Assembly: GCA_050944155.1 (NCBI GenBank)
Contig: JBMNQN010000005.1
Location: 1-64,000, forward strand
DNA from: Candidatus Methanomethylophilaceae archaeon
Lineage (GTDB): Archaea > Thermoplasmatota > Thermoplasmata > Methanomassiliicoccales > Methanomethylophilaceae
Direction: 5' to 3'
DNA: 64,000 bases
The notes under the pieces were generated by a model. The model was not told the origin of the DNA. It made no database searches and saw only the letters and a program-made list of their open reading frames with translations. Made by a program: the position numbers and the translations under genes. This document shows positions 36,961 through 47,645 of this stretch, one piece after another (the stretch's first letter is position 1; each line of letters starts with the position of its first letter).

Positions 36961-38196
36961 TTAGACCTCTAATTCGAACACTTCGTCGGGGGACGGGAGT
37001 ATAACGTTGTAATCCTGCAGGTCGGGCAGGAAAAGATCCCTGGTTTCCGAGTGCATAATCACTACGTTTTCCGGGTCGCACCGTTTTACGAAGTCCACTA
37101 TCTCGCTGTGATCAGCGTGGGCGGAGAAATCGTATCTCTGGATTTCGCATTCTATTTTGTACGCTTCTCCGTCAATTACCATGCTGCGCTGTTCCAGCAG
37201 CATCCTTCCGTTTGTGTCTTCGGCCTGGAATCCCACGAGAAGTATGGCGCTGTTGGGATCGTTTTTCACTCTGTCGATGTATCCCAGAACTGGCCCTCCG
37301 TCCAGCATTCCGCCGGTCGTGACGATTATCTGACCCTTTGCCGCCTGGGCTCTCATGCGGGTGTTTTTGACGGTGTTGAAGTTTCTTTTCGCGGATTTGA
37401 GTCTCTTGACGTCGCGCAGGTATTCGGGATAGTCCAGGAACATGCGCGTCACCGTTCTGCCCATTCCGTCAACCCACATCTCGTAACCCAGATCTTTGAG
37501 GAGAAGCATTATTTCCTGCGTTCTTCCCACTGCGAAACACGGAATGATGCACGTGCCTCCCCTTTCCACGACCTGCCTCACCTTGTCGAGGAACTGAAGT
37601 TCGGTCGTTTTGCGGTCGGGGTGGTTTCTTCCTCCGTAAGTGCCTTCGATGAACAGATTTTCGCATTTTATGGGTTCGGCGCCGGAAACCAGGCGCTGGT
37701 CCGCCGTGTGCAGATCCCCGGTATAGAGGGTGGTCGTATCTCCTTCGAAAAGGAACATAGTAGCGCCTGGAATGTGTCCCGCACTGTAGAGCGTAATGTC
37801 CGCGCCTCCGATTTCGATTGTGTCTCCGAAAGTCAGCGGTACGACGCTTCTCATGGTACGGTCGATATCCGCCGACGTGTAAGGCAGGGGGTAATTTTCG
37901 GCTCTGGCTATCTTAAGCGAATCGTTCATCATCAGCTCGGAAACTTCCGCCGTGAGAGGGGTGGCAAAAAGTTCGGCATGCTGTCTTCCGCATACGGAAG
38001 GTACCATTCCGCAGTGATCCAGGTGACTGTGGGTAAGGAACACGTGATCGACCCGCGGGGCGGGAAGGGGGTACTCGGGAGGTTTGGTCGGTCCCATTCC
38101 GTATTCGACGAGAACGGTTTTGCGCGGTCCCTCCATTACCATACCCATGCGGCCCACTGTGTCGGCACCGCCTAAAAATCGGTATTTTGTTTTCAT
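36961..38196 (-). CDS. Beta-CASP MBL-fold ribonuclease (short aCPSF2-like, no KH domains)
   Basis: THSHLDH, AGHIPG, YTGD, EGTYG, FAVGRTQE, GMLDGGP, FSAHAD. Confidence 0.9.
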   Translation of the reverse strand: MKTKYRFLGGADTVGRMGMVMEGPRKTVLVEYGMGPTKPPEYPLPAPRVDHVFLTHSHLDHCGMVPSVCGRQHAELFATPLTAEVSELMMNDSLKIARAENYPLPYTSADIDRTMRSVVPLTFGDTIEIGGADITLYSAGHIPGATMFLFEGDTTTLYTGDLHTADQRLVSGAEPIKCENLFIEGTYGGRNHPDRKTTELQFLDKVRQVVERGGTCIIPCFAVGRTQEIMLLLKDLGYEMWVDGMGRTVTRMFLDYPEYLRDVKRLKSAKRNFNTVKNTRMRAQAAKGQIIVTTGGMLDGGPVLGYIDRVKNDPNSAILLVGFQAEDTNGRMLLEQRSMVIDGEAYKIECEIQRYDFSAHADHSEIVDFVKRCDPENVVIMHSETRDLFLPDLQDYNVILPSPDEVFELEV

Positions 38197-38227
38197 GTTA
38201 TCTTTTCCTTGTGTTGCCGTAGGCTGT

Positions 38228-38283
38228 AAAAAGAGGGACCCAACGGTCTCCCTTTGACTGTGAACAGAGACCGCAGGGGCCTC
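38228..38283 (-). ncRNA. Long hairpin plus U-tract in the 5' leader of the beta-CASP gene (attenuator or small RNA candidate)
   Basis: Minus strand reads GAGGCCCCUGCGGUCUCU-14-nt loop-GGAGACCGUUGGGUCCCUC-UUUUU; an ATAAATATA box lies at 38312-38304. Confidence 0.45.
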
Positions 38284-38394
38284 GATTGGCTATCCCGTCA
38301 CGGTATATTTATCTTATCAGCGGCGCCGTCCGTCCGAGGGACCGTTTTTTCAATGTGCCACAAATTTAATTACTATCACCGCGTAACAAGTTTT

Positions 38395-39480
38395 ATGGGA
38401 TACACTCGCACGAAGGCGGGATACTTCGGAGTCTTCGGAATACTCGCCGCAATAGTTTACGTTGCCGTGTTTTACACGGCTTCGGGATCGGTAAGCAACT
38501 GGACATTCGGATCGAGTGATACGTCCGTTTTCATGGAGATTGAAAGTTACAGGTACGGTCTGATGGCCGCGGGAACGCTCGGGGCTCTTTTCGGCCTGGG
38601 ATTCATAGCCCGCAGAGACAACGCGGCGCAGATAATCGGCGGAATAACCGCAGTTTTCGCGGGACTGACGCTCGTTATCGTAGGGTATCAGGCACCGTCC
38701 GTAAAAGATAATTTCATTCTGATATTTTCGGCGCTTCTGATTCTCACCGCGCTTCTCGACGCAGTCTCGGAAGCGCTGAACGGACAGTACATTTCGCTTG
38801 TAATTTCTCTGGTACTGGCAATTATTATGGCCGCGATGTATTACTTCAATACGATGTACGGCGCGGCATTCATAATCACCGCGCTGATTTGGCTACTGTT
38901 TTCGTCGCTGATTATGATCGTATACAATTCCGACCCGGATTCGGTTCCGTCGGGACGCAGAAAGAAAGATAATGCCATGACTCCGGAAGAGGCCCGTAAA
39001 GCCGAACTCAAAGCCAGAAGGGAAAAAAGGGCAGAGGCGAGGGCCGTTCAGCAGAAGTCCGCCGAGAAAAATTCGGAAAAAGAGTCCGGGAAAACAGAGG
39101 CCGTTCCGCGGGAACGGAGTTTCGAAGAAAACACCGAAAACGAATCCGAGGAAACTTACGATGTCGGCGAAGATATCTACACCGACACGTCCCCGGAAGC
39201 TCTCGTGAGAAGAGCGACGTGGAACAAGGGACTCAGATGCAGAAGGGACCACGGAAAATACGGCATTCCCGTAGCGTTCGTGGGAGCCAAGGTCGCCGTC
39301 TACGTCGTGCCCCGGGATACGGAGATCCCGGCAGAAGAAAAACTGAAATCCGAAGGATGGACGGTTTTCGTGTTCGACGAAGAAGAAGTGACGGACGGCG
39401 AGGCACAGGCGGAAATTGTCTTCGAAAAGGTCAAAGAAAAGGAGAAATCCAAAAAATCCAAGAAAAAATCCAAGAAATGA
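38395..39480 (+). CDS. Membrane protein: DUF998-like TM domain, charged linker, Vsr/DUF559-like C-terminal domain
   Basis: About 6 TM helices resembling 13632..14210; then DTSPEALVRRATWNKGLRCR...AKVAVYV...LKSEGWTVFVFDEEEV; Lys-rich tail. Confidence 0.75.
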   Translation: MGYTRTKAGYFGVFGILAAIVYVAVFYTASGSVSNWTFGSSDTSVFMEIESYRYGLMAAGTLGALFGLGFIARRDNAAQIIGGITAVFAGLTLVIVGYQAPSVKDNFILIFSALLILTALLDAVSEALNGQYISLVISLVLAIIMAAMYYFNTMYGAAFIITALIWLLFSSLIMIVYNSDPDSVPSGRRKKDNAMTPEEARKAELKARREKRAEARAVQQKSAEKNSEKESGKTEAVPRERSFEENTENESEETYDVGEDIYTDTSPEALVRRATWNKGLRCRRDHGKYGIPVAFVGAKVAVYVVPRDTEIPAEEKLKSEGWTVFVFDEEEVTDGEAQAEIVFEKVKEKEKSKKSKKKSKK

Positions 39481-39554
39481 GCCAGCACCAGCCCCCGTTC
39501 TGACAGAAACGGCAGAAAGTTATTAAGTCAACATGCGTCTATGACGGAAAGGGG

Positions 39555-40343
39555 ATGCACATGACCGGCAGGTTTGCAGTATTTGCGGAAAAATTGGACG
39601 GTACCGGCTCGGCCGGCAGACCGTACGATTCATGCAGGGCAGTATTTGCCGGCTTCATCCTCGCCTCCGTTCTCTGGTGGATTCCCGTACTGGGTCCGGC
39701 CGTGGCGGGATACTATTCCGGGCGCAAATCCGGTTCCTTTTTCAAAGGCGCGCTGTCTTCCGCGTTCGCCGGCGGTGTTCTTATCGGCCTGGTAATGCTG
39801 ATTTCGCATTTTCTGCTGATTCCGGCGGGATTTCCTTCGGTATCCGCGGATGCGGCCGCCGGAACTCTTACTGGATTCGGCGCTTACGCGGGCACGTATC
39901 TTACGTATTTCTACGCCGAAGGTTCGTCCGAAATATATCTTACGGCTTACGGCGTGATGGTGGCTTTCGGCTGTATCGGCGGTATGCTTTCGATGCAGGT
40001 CCGCCGCGAAACCGCAGCGCTTCTGGCAACCGGAGCAGTGGAAGGAGCCATCAGACCCCTTTCTAGGTCCGCCGCTCTGTACGAAAAGGGCAAGACTCTC
40101 GGTTTCGAATCCTACAACGACTGTATCACGTCTTCGGAAGTATCGGTCAACGCGATGGAAGAAGAGGTTTCCGCCCCCGAACCGTTCCTTAAAAAGAGAC
40201 CGGCGGCTTCGGCGGTTCAGACCGTAACGACCACCGTGGGGGAAAATCCGTCGGTAACCGTCTCCTCCTCTTCCGAGAAGAGCCAGAGCCCCTTCGCCGA
40301 TATTCTGAGACGTACGGAAGTCCGCGACGACGACAAAGAATAA
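39555..40343 (+). CDS. Membrane protein with soluble C-terminal region
   Basis: WIPVLGPAVAGYYSGRKSGS motif and Gly-rich TM helices. Confidence 0.7.
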   Translation: MHMTGRFAVFAEKLDGTGSAGRPYDSCRAVFAGFILASVLWWIPVLGPAVAGYYSGRKSGSFFKGALSSAFAGGVLIGLVMLISHFLLIPAGFPSVSADAAAGTLTGFGAYAGTYLTYFYAEGSSEIYLTAYGVMVAFGCIGGMLSMQVRRETAALLATGAVEGAIRPLSRSAALYEKGKTLGFESYNDCITSSEVSVNAMEEEVSAPEPFLKKRPAASAVQTVTTTVGENPSVTVSSSSEKSQSPFADILRRTEVRDDDKE

Positions 40344-40429
40344 GGATTACCCGTCTGTTTTATTCCAGTTCGGGCGCGCATCGGAACAAATTTTTATACA
40401 GATACCCATTGAGGGACAGTGGTGAAAGA

Positions 40430-40729
40430 TTGTTCTGTTCTGTATGCGGTTCATTGATGTTCCCGAAGGAAGGGAAGCATGTCTGCTGTTCATGCGGCAA
40501 CGAGGTCGAAATCGAGGGGTCGCACATTATCGTTACCGGCTCCGTCGACAAGGAAATAACGGTTATCGGGGACGAAGATAAAGCAACACTCCCCAAAACC
40601 CGTATCGAGTGTCCCGAGTGCGGACACACCGAGGCATATTTCGTGATAAGGCAAACCCGTGCGGCGGATGAACCCGAAACCAGAATATATCGTTGCTGCA
40701 AGTGCAATCACTCTTGGAGAGAGTATTGA
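40430..40729 (+). CDS. tfs: Transcription elongation factor S (TFS)
   Basis: Two Zn ribbons and the QTRAADEPET acidic hairpin; TTG 40430 behind GGTGA preferred over 40409. Confidence 0.93.
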   Translation: MFCSVCGSLMFPKEGKHVCCSCGNEVEIEGSHIIVTGSVDKEITVIGDEDKATLPKTRIECPECGHTEAYFVIRQTRAADEPETRIYRCCKCNHSWREY

Positions 40730-40743
40730 AAATTGGTGATGCA

Positions 40744-41481
40744 ATGTTCAAAGCAGAGATAAAGTCGGACGTACTGAAAGGGTTGGTAAACATCATATCC
40801 ACACTCGTGGACGAAGTGAAATTCAGCGTAGATCCCGAGGGCCTGAGCCTTAAGGCCGTAGACTCTGCGCACGTGGCTATGATGGAGCTCCGCGTAGGTT
40901 CCGGCGCCTTCGAATCCTATTCCGCGGACGAAACCGAAATCGGACTCGACCTGGACAAGGTGAAAAGCGTGCTCAAACTCGCGTCTTCCGGCGATATCAT
41001 AACCATGGAACAGGACAACGATCACGGAAGACTGATTTTCAAAGTCGGCAATATCACCCGTCGCATGCACCTGGTGGACACTTCCGGAATGAGCGACCCG
41101 AAAGTTCCGCAGCTGTCTCTCTCCGCAAAAATCAGAATCAAAGTGGACGAACTCCAACAGGGAATCCGTGCATCCGAGTCGATATCCGACCACATAACGC
41201 TTACGGCAGGTCCGGAGGGATTCGAACTGTCCTGCGAAGGCGACACGGACTCGGCGAGTCTTTTCGTCCAGAAAGACAAATTGGAGAGTCTGGAAACCGA
41301 CGGAGTCTACCGCAGCATGTTCCCTCTGGATTATTTCGCGAATCTGGTCAAAGCCATACCCGCGGGAACCGACGTGGATATCGAGTTGGACAAAGACTAT
41401 CCGATAAACATGAAATTCGACATGGCCGACGGCAACGGTCACGTAGACTACCTGCTCGCCCCCAGGATAGAGAGCGACTGA
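40744..41481 (+). CDS. pcn: DNA polymerase sliding clamp PCNA
   Basis: MFKAEI, AVDSAHVAM, YLLAPRIE. Confidence 0.96.
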   Translation: MFKAEIKSDVLKGLVNIISTLVDEVKFSVDPEGLSLKAVDSAHVAMMELRVGSGAFESYSADETEIGLDLDKVKSVLKLASSGDIITMEQDNDHGRLIFKVGNITRRMHLVDTSGMSDPKVPQLSLSAKIRIKVDELQQGIRASESISDHITLTAGPEGFELSCEGDTDSASLFVQKDKLESLETDGVYRSMFPLDYFANLVKAIPAGTDVDIELDKDYPINMKFDMADGNGHVDYLLAPRIESD

Positions 41482-41494
41482 TGCAGGTGTTCGG

Positions 41495-42331
41495 GTGACC
41501 CGCAGCGAGAACGAACTGAAAAAAATCGCCGACAAACTCAGACTCGACGTAATCGAGATGACGTCCGCAGCCGGTTCGGGGCATCCCGGAGGCTCTCTTT
41601 CTTCCGCGGAACTCATGGCCGTCCTCTACTTCAGGGTCATGAAGCACCGCCCCTCCGATCCTGAATGGGACGGAAGGGACAGATTCGTACTTTCGAAAGG
41701 TCACGTGGCCCCGATTCTTTACGCCGCTCTCGCCGAATCCGGATATTTCCCGAGAGAGGAGCTTCTTACGCTCAGAAAACTCGGAAGCAGACTGCAGGGC
41801 CATCCGGTCCGCGGCAAACTTCCCGGAATCGAAATGTCCACGGGATCGCTGGGTCAGGGACTCAGTATGAGCTGCGGGCTTGCTCTGGCGGCAAAAATGG
41901 ACGGCAAAAAACACAAAGTGTACTGCCTTCTGGGCGACGGAGAACTGCAGAGCGGAATGAACTGGGAGGCAGCGATGTTCGCTTCCCAATACAAACTCGG
42001 AAATCTTATCGCGTTCGTGGACCGCAACCGTCTGCAGATAACCGGTACCACGGACGAAGTGATGAGCATAGAACCTCTTGCACGCAAATTCGAATCCTTC
42101 GGATGGAAAACCATTATGATAGACGGCCACAGCATTCCGGCAATCATCAAAGCGTGCGGAATAGCCAGAAGATCGCGCACGGTTCCCACGGTAATCATAA
42201 TGAACACCGTGAAAGGGAAAGGCGTTTCGTTCATGGAGAACAACGCGGGATTCCACGGAAGGAGCTGCAATCCCGAAGAGTTCTGCTGTGCGGAAAACGA
42301 AATCAAAGAACGGATGGAGATGAAATGCTGA
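41495..42331 (+). CDS. Transketolase, N-terminal (TPP-binding) subunit
   Basis: SGHPGGSLS, DRFVLSKGH, LQGHP, GSLGQG, GDGE, KGKG. Confidence 0.95.
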   Translation: MTRSENELKKIADKLRLDVIEMTSAAGSGHPGGSLSSAELMAVLYFRVMKHRPSDPEWDGRDRFVLSKGHVAPILYAALAESGYFPREELLTLRKLGSRLQGHPVRGKLPGIEMSTGSLGQGLSMSCGLALAAKMDGKKHKVYCLLGDGELQSGMNWEAAMFASQYKLGNLIAFVDRNRLQITGTTDEVMSIEPLARKFESFGWKTIMIDGHSIPAIIKACGIARRSRTVPTVIIMNTVKGKGVSFMENNAGFHGRSCNPEEFCCAENEIKERMEMKC

Positions 42332-43266
42332 ACCGGAAAATCGCACAGAGGGATTATTACGGTAAAGCCCTCAGACAGCTGGCGTCCCGCGACGACATCG
42401 TGGTATTGGACGCGGACCTCGCCGGTTCCACGAAAACTTCGGAATTCAGAAAAGTAAGGCCGGAGCATTTCATAGAGGTGGGAATCGCCGAGCAGAACAT
42501 GATAGGCGTTGCTTCGGGTCTCGCGGCCGCGGGGAAAACGGTTTTCGCATCCACGTTCGGTGTTTTCGCCACGGGGAGATGCTGGGAGCAGGTACGTCTG
42601 GGAGTGGCGTACCCCGCGCTTGACGTAAAGATCGTTGCAACCCATTGCGGCATAAGTGTCGGAGAAGACGGAGCTTCCCACCAGGCTCTCGAAGACATGG
42701 CCATCATGCGCGCACTTCCGAATATGACGGTAATTTCTCCCGCAGACGCCTTCGAAACCTATGCGGCAACTATGGCCGCTGCGGACCACCGCGGGCCGGT
42801 CTACATGAGACTCGGACGTTCGGCCGTACCCGTAGTAACGGAAGAAGGCGCAGAATTCGAGATAGGAAAATCAGCCGTTATGAGGGACGGTTCTGATGTG
42901 ACTCTGTTTGCGACCGGTCAGATGACCGCGGGAAGCCTAGATGCGGCCGAAATGCTCGCGGAAGAAGGAATATCCGCCGAAGTCGTAAACGTACCGACAA
43001 TCAAACCTTTGGATTCCTACACGGTTCTTAAATCCGTAAGAAAAACCGGATGCGCCGTAACTTCCGAAGAACACAGCATAATCGGAGGGCTCGGTTCCGC
43101 GGTCTCCGAGACTCTTTCGGAAGAGTATCCCTGCCCCGTCGCAAGGGTCGGAACCAGAGATACCTTCGGGGAATCGGGAAGCCCCGACGAACTGTTCGAA
43201 AAGTACGGTCTCACCGCGAAAAACATAGCGGATGCCGCACGCGCCGTATTGAAGAGAAAGAGATGA
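42325..43266 (+). CDS. Transketolase, C-terminal subunit
   Basis: [35 protein letters not shown]. Confidence 0.95.
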   Translation: MLNRKIAQRDYYGKALRQLASRDDIVVLDADLAGSTKTSEFRKVRPEHFIEVGIAEQNMIGVASGLAAAGKTVFASTFGVFATGRCWEQVRLGVAYPALDVKIVATHCGISVGEDGASHQALEDMAIMRALPNMTVISPADAFETYAATMAAADHRGPVYMRLGRSAVPVVTEEGAEFEIGKSAVMRDGSDVTLFATGQMTAGSLDAAEMLAEEGISAEVVNVPTIKPLDSYTVLKSVRKTGCAVTSEEHSIIGGLGSAVSETLSEEYPCPVARVGTRDTFGESGSPDELFEKYGLTAKNIADAARAVLKRKR

Positions 43267-43270
43267 TAAA

Positions 43271-43918
43271 ATGAAGATATTCATAGACACAGCAAACCTC
43301 GACATGATCAGGGAAATCAACAGCTGGGGAATACTGGACGGTGTAACTACCAATCCCAGTCTGATAGCGAAAGAAGGCACCGACGTAAGAACCAGAGTAA
43401 AAGAAATCGCGAAGATAGTGGACGGTCCGATTTCCGCCGAGGCAATGTCTCCCAAGTGGGAGGATATGGTAAAGGAAGGCCGCGAACTTTCGAAAATCCA
43501 CGAAAACATCAACGTCAAACTTCCCATGTGTGTGGATTCCCTGAAGGCGACCAAGGTTCTTTCTTCCGAAGGAATCGACGTAAACATGACTCTGATATTT
43601 TCTCCGCAGCAGGCCCTTCTCGCCGCGAAAGCCGGTGCGAGATATGTTTCTCCGTTCGTCGGACGCCTGGACGACATAGGAATGTACGGAACAGATCTGC
43701 TAGGTCAGATATGCGGCGTTTTCGGCAATTACGATTACGACACGGAAGTAATAGCGGCAAGCATCAGAAGCCCCACCCATGTGTTGGATGCGGCTTTGGC
43801 GGGATGCGACATCGCCACGATTCCCTACGACATTCTTCTGAAGATGGTCGCACATCCCAAGACGGACGAGGGCATCGCAAAATTCGTTTCGGATTACGAG
43901 AAATCCAAGAAGAAATGA
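43271..43918 (+). CDS. Transaldolase / fructose-6-phosphate aldolase family
   Basis: [35 protein letters not shown]. Confidence 0.93.
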   Translation: MKIFIDTANLDMIREINSWGILDGVTTNPSLIAKEGTDVRTRVKEIAKIVDGPISAEAMSPKWEDMVKEGRELSKIHENINVKLPMCVDSLKATKVLSSEGIDVNMTLIFSPQQALLAAKAGARYVSPFVGRLDDIGMYGTDLLGQICGVFGNYDYDTEVIAASIRSPTHVLDAALAGCDIATIPYDILLKMVAHPKTDEGIAKFVSDYEKSKKK

Positions 43919-45060
43919 ACATGCGCGATACGGTCGTAATAGGGGGCGGCCCCGCCGGCAGCATGGCGGCCCGACTGCTCGCCCCGGACCGCGACGTGCT
44001 GGTAATCGAAGAACATTCCTGTTCGGGAGAACCGGTTCAGTGTGCCGGGCTTCTCACCGACGAGGTTCTTTCCCTTTCCGGGGTACGTACCGAGGTTCTC
44101 AACAGGATTTACGGTGCCAACGTATTTTTTCCCGGAGGGGGAGCAATAACCGTAAGATCGAAGAAACCCAAAGTCAACGTCATAGACAGGGCGGAGCTCG
44201 ACAGACTCATGGCGGAAAAGGCTATGGATGCGGGCGCCGAATACCGTTACGGCGAGCGATATCTAAGCCACACGGTATCGAACAGAATATCCGTGAAAAC
44301 GGATTCCGGAACGGAAGACTGTTCTCTCCTGATCGGCGCGGACGGTCATTCTTCCAGAACCGCAATGACTCTCGGCGACAACAGACCCAGAGAGTATATA
44401 CGCGGGTATCAGATGGACGTCAGGAAGACTTCCGGCGAGGAAGACATGATAAACATAAGGCTGGGTTCGGAAACGGCCCCCGGGTTCTTCTCCTGGGAAG
44501 TCCCCTTTGAAGACTGCATCAGAGTGGGACTTTGCACTTCATGGTCCGCGGGCCCTCCCTGGAACTATATGAAAAAGCTGCTGGCGGAAACAGGATTGGA
44601 CAAAGCGCCGGCTGTGAAAAAATACTGCGGAAAAATTCCGTTGGGCGGAAGACCCAGATCATACGGCGATCGCCTTATGCTTATAGGAGACGCGGCAGGA
44701 CAGGTCAAACCCGTTTCGGCGGGAGGACTCCATCCCGCATTCAAATCGGCTCCGTTTCTCAAGAAAACCGCGGACGAAGCCTTCGCTTCCGATGATTTTT
44801 CGGCAAAAGTTCTTTCGCGGTACGAAAAAGGCTGGAAAAAGGAAACGGGAAAAGAACTCCGCAGAGGATATGCGCTTAGGAAAGCCTTCAAAAAAATGAG
44901 CGATTCTGATTTGGACAAAGCTTACGGATTGGCGACCAGTGATTCGGTGCTCAATGCTCTGAACGACATAGATTTCGACAGACCCAGCAGCGTAATCGAG
45001 AATGTTCCGAAGAGAGATCTGATAAGGTTCCTTCCCTTTGCGCTGAAGGTGATTTTCTGA
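43915..45060 (+). CDS. Geranylgeranyl reductase family flavoprotein
   Basis: [41 protein letters not shown]. Confidence 0.88.
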   Translation: MNMRDTVVIGGGPAGSMAARLLAPDRDVLVIEEHSCSGEPVQCAGLLTDEVLSLSGVRTEVLNRIYGANVFFPGGGAITVRSKKPKVNVIDRAELDRLMAEKAMDAGAEYRYGERYLSHTVSNRISVKTDSGTEDCSLLIGADGHSSRTAMTLGDNRPREYIRGYQMDVRKTSGEEDMINIRLGSETAPGFFSWEVPFEDCIRVGLCTSWSAGPPWNYMKKLLAETGLDKAPAVKKYCGKIPLGGRPRSYGDRLMLIGDAAGQVKPVSAGGLHPAFKSAPFLKKTADEAFASDDFSAKVLSRYEKGWKKETGKELRRGYALRKAFKKMSDSDLDKAYGLATSDSVLNALNDIDFDRPSSVIENVPKRDLIRFLPFALKVIF

Positions 45061-45065
45061 AAACC

Positions 45066-46076
45066 GTGCCCGCTTTGGAAATACCGGAAGAGGACGCGTC
45101 ATCCGTGATACCCATGCTGATTTCTTCCGGAATCGCCGACCGCACCGCAAAAATCTCTTCGAGAGGAAATTACAGAATAGTGCCGATTGTCAGAGAAAGA
45201 ATGCCGGACGCGGAAGCGCTGGGATACGGTATGACCGAAACCGAAGCGCATTCTCTGGAAAGAAGAACTCCCATGGAGCGGATTTACGACATGCTGGCAC
45301 ATCTTCCTTCCGAGGTCAGGGACAGCCTTCCCAGAAAGTGGGAATACGTGGGAGAAATCGTCATTCTCAAACTCGGTAGTCCGTGCGTTCCGTACAGAGA
45401 AGAAATCGGAAAAGCGTACGCTTCCGTACTCGGAGCGTCGACGGTGTGTGCGGACATCAAAGGAATTTCAGGGGAATTCAGAAGACCCAGTACCGAAATA
45501 ATATACGGCAGCACTACGGAATCGGTAAGGCTGGAAAACGGAATACTGTACGATTTCGACGTAACGGAAGTGATGTTTGCTTCCGGAAACACGGACGAAA
45601 GAATGCGCATGAGAAACACCGACTGCAAGGGGGAAACGGTTGTGGACATGTTCGCGGGAATAGGCTATTTCACGCTCCCCATAGCCAAGTATTCCGGCGC
45701 GAGAAGGGTATTCGCGTGCGAGAAAAATCCCGATTCCTACGGATACCTTCTGAAAAACATAAAACTCAACGGAGTATCCGACACAGTGATTCCGATTCTG
45801 GGTGACAACCGGTACATTCCCGGGAAGAAATTTGCCGATAGGATACTCATGGGATACGTTCAGAAAACTTCGGAATTCGTTCCCAAAGCATTGGAAATGA
45901 TACGTCCGGGGGGAATAATCCATTACCACGATACTTTCGCGGTCGGAACCCAGGAACGGAGAATAGACGAAATATTTTCCGGACTGTGCGGATACGAAGT
46001 ACTGGGTATAAGGGAAGTGAAATCCTTCGCCCCCTCCGTTTCCCATTATGTGGCGGACATCAGAATTTCAGACTGA
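45066..46076 (+). CDS. Trm5/TYW2-family SAM enzyme, probably Taw2 aminocarboxypropyltransferase
   Basis: ENGILY, MFASGN..ER, DMFAGIGYF, RILMGY and IIHYH (TYW2-type rather than the Trm5 NLP motif). Confidence 0.8.
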   Translation: MPALEIPEEDASSVIPMLISSGIADRTAKISSRGNYRIVPIVRERMPDAEALGYGMTETEAHSLERRTPMERIYDMLAHLPSEVRDSLPRKWEYVGEIVILKLGSPCVPYREEIGKAYASVLGASTVCADIKGISGEFRRPSTEIIYGSTTESVRLENGILYDFDVTEVMFASGNTDERMRMRNTDCKGETVVDMFAGIGYFTLPIAKYSGARRVFACEKNPDSYGYLLKNIKLNGVSDTVIPILGDNRYIPGKKFADRILMGYVQKTSEFVPKALEMIRPGGIIHYHDTFAVGTQERRIDEIFSGLCGYEVLGIREVKSFAPSVSHYVADIRISD

Positions 46077-47570
46077 TTCTCCGGAACTGCAGGCCGTCAG
46101 CATAGTGTTCATGTTGCTTCTGTAAGATGCGGGGTCCGATTCTATCAGCATTTTTGCGAAAGGAACCAGATATTCCATGAAACCGGTTTCTTCCTTCGAC
46201 ATGGTGAAGGGGTATTTCGCCGAAGGATCGCATGCCGCGAGAAACGCCGCGGAAATCGAACGGGAGCGGCTGTCCTTTGCGAAAGAGCGGTCCAAAGAAC
46301 CCAGAACGAGTTCCGCGCCTCCGACCTTTGCGGCCTTTGCCAAAGAGTCGCACATAACCGTAATCGGACCGGGTCTGCTGAAGGTCGGCAGAGCACCGGA
46401 AACATCCGCCAGAACATATCTCTTTCTCGCATCCGCCAGAACGTCCGAGGGAACGCTTTTGGAAACGTCTCCCATTTCGGCCGCAATCTCCGCCGAAGTG
46501 CTGAGTTCGATTATTTTGGAGTAATTGTTTTCCCAAAGGGCCGTCAGAGCTTCGTTGGATCTTTCCGTTCTTATGACCACGGGAACGGGATTCGCCGACA
46601 GGAATCTGCGGAGGGATTCGACATCCTCTGCGGGTCCTTTGAGTTCGGACAGGAATTTTTCCAGATTCGAACCGTAATTCTGTTTTCCTATTATGTACGT
46701 GGCGTCGCCGCTGCTTTTCAGATCTCCCATTCCGGTTTTCATAACCGATTCTATGAGGCTTCTGTCGGTAGTTTTGCCGGCGGCATACTTTTTCAGGTCT
46801 TCCCCGGTAATCGGAACTCTTCCGTCCTCTCCTTCTTTACGGTACTTGTGTACGACCGCCACCTCGAAATCGTCCAGAGGATCGACGGCCGATATTCTGG
46901 AAATGAGGAACTGAAGGGTGGAAATGTCTTTGGCGCATTCGGAACAGATACGGACTGTTTCGCCGAGGGATTTTATTTTGATACGGACGGACGCAAGGGC
47001 TTCGTGTCCGCAGTCCAATCCGTCGTTTTTGAATTTATACGGTGTTTCGCCGAACGTATCGCAGAGATAATCTTCCGGCATGTTCCTGGTATCCGAACAT
47101 ACCAGGTCGTCTCCGAAAGAGTAGAGATAAAGGTGGTTTTTCTTGACGAACGTGTTGTAAAGCATCAGGCGCTTTTTCGGGTCGTTGTGATACTGACAGC
47201 CAATCAGCTTGTCCGCACCCACCGTTCCCCTGACGGCATAAGAAATTTTTTCATCGCCCAGTTTGGCGGTTGCGAGCAGAGGAATGTTTCCGGCGGCGGC
47301 GAGAGAAATCGTTCCCGCATACGCTCTCGCTATGTCGTCTCCGCCTTTCGACGCACTCTTTATCAGCGTATCGGCGTCGCCCGCATGAGTCGAAATAATA
47401 TCTATTTCTTTGAAAACTTTGTCGAAATGGCATTTCCTGCAGTTTCCCGCGCACATGGGTCTCAAAATCCCGGGATTCGCCGCCAGCTCCGAAGAACAAT
47501 CCAAGAGTTCGTCTTCCAATCTTTTGGAAGTGTGGCGTACACCTCTCATCCTGACGCGTTTCCTTGCCAT
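46068..47570 (-). CDS. Hypothetical 500-aa protein with Cys/His clusters
   Basis: Long ORF with a GGAGG RBS; CAGNCRKCH, GCQYH, DCGH, CSEC. Confidence 0.8.
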   Translation of the reverse strand: MARKRVRMRGVRHTSKRLEDELLDCSSELAANPGILRPMCAGNCRKCHFDKVFKEIDIISTHAGDADTLIKSASKGGDDIARAYAGTISLAAAGNIPLLATAKLGDEKISYAVRGTVGADKLIGCQYHNDPKKRLMLYNTFVKKNHLYLYSFGDDLVCSDTRNMPEDYLCDTFGETPYKFKNDGLDCGHEALASVRIKIKSLGETVRICSECAKDISTLQFLISRISAVDPLDDFEVAVVHKYRKEGEDGRVPITGEDLKKYAAGKTTDRSLIESVMKTGMGDLKSSGDATYIIGKQNYGSNLEKFLSELKGPAEDVESLRRFLSANPVPVVIRTERSNEALTALWENNYSKIIELSTSAEIAAEMGDVSKSVPSDVLADARKRYVLADVSGALPTFSRPGPITVMCDSLAKAAKVGGAELVLGSLDRSFAKDSRSRSISAAFLAACDPSAKYPFTMSKEETGFMEYLVPFAKMLIESDPASYRSNMNTMLTACSSGESV

Positions 47571-47645
47571 ACAACCTCCAACGGCGAAGTAGGTAATAAT
47601 CTGCTTGGTCAGCGGGCTGAAATAATCGGTCGGGGATTACCGTAC

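Noticed and set aside
39445-39477. AAATCCAAR short repeats
   Set aside because: They encode the Lys/Ser-rich protein tail; not a CRISPR array or other DNA-level repeat.
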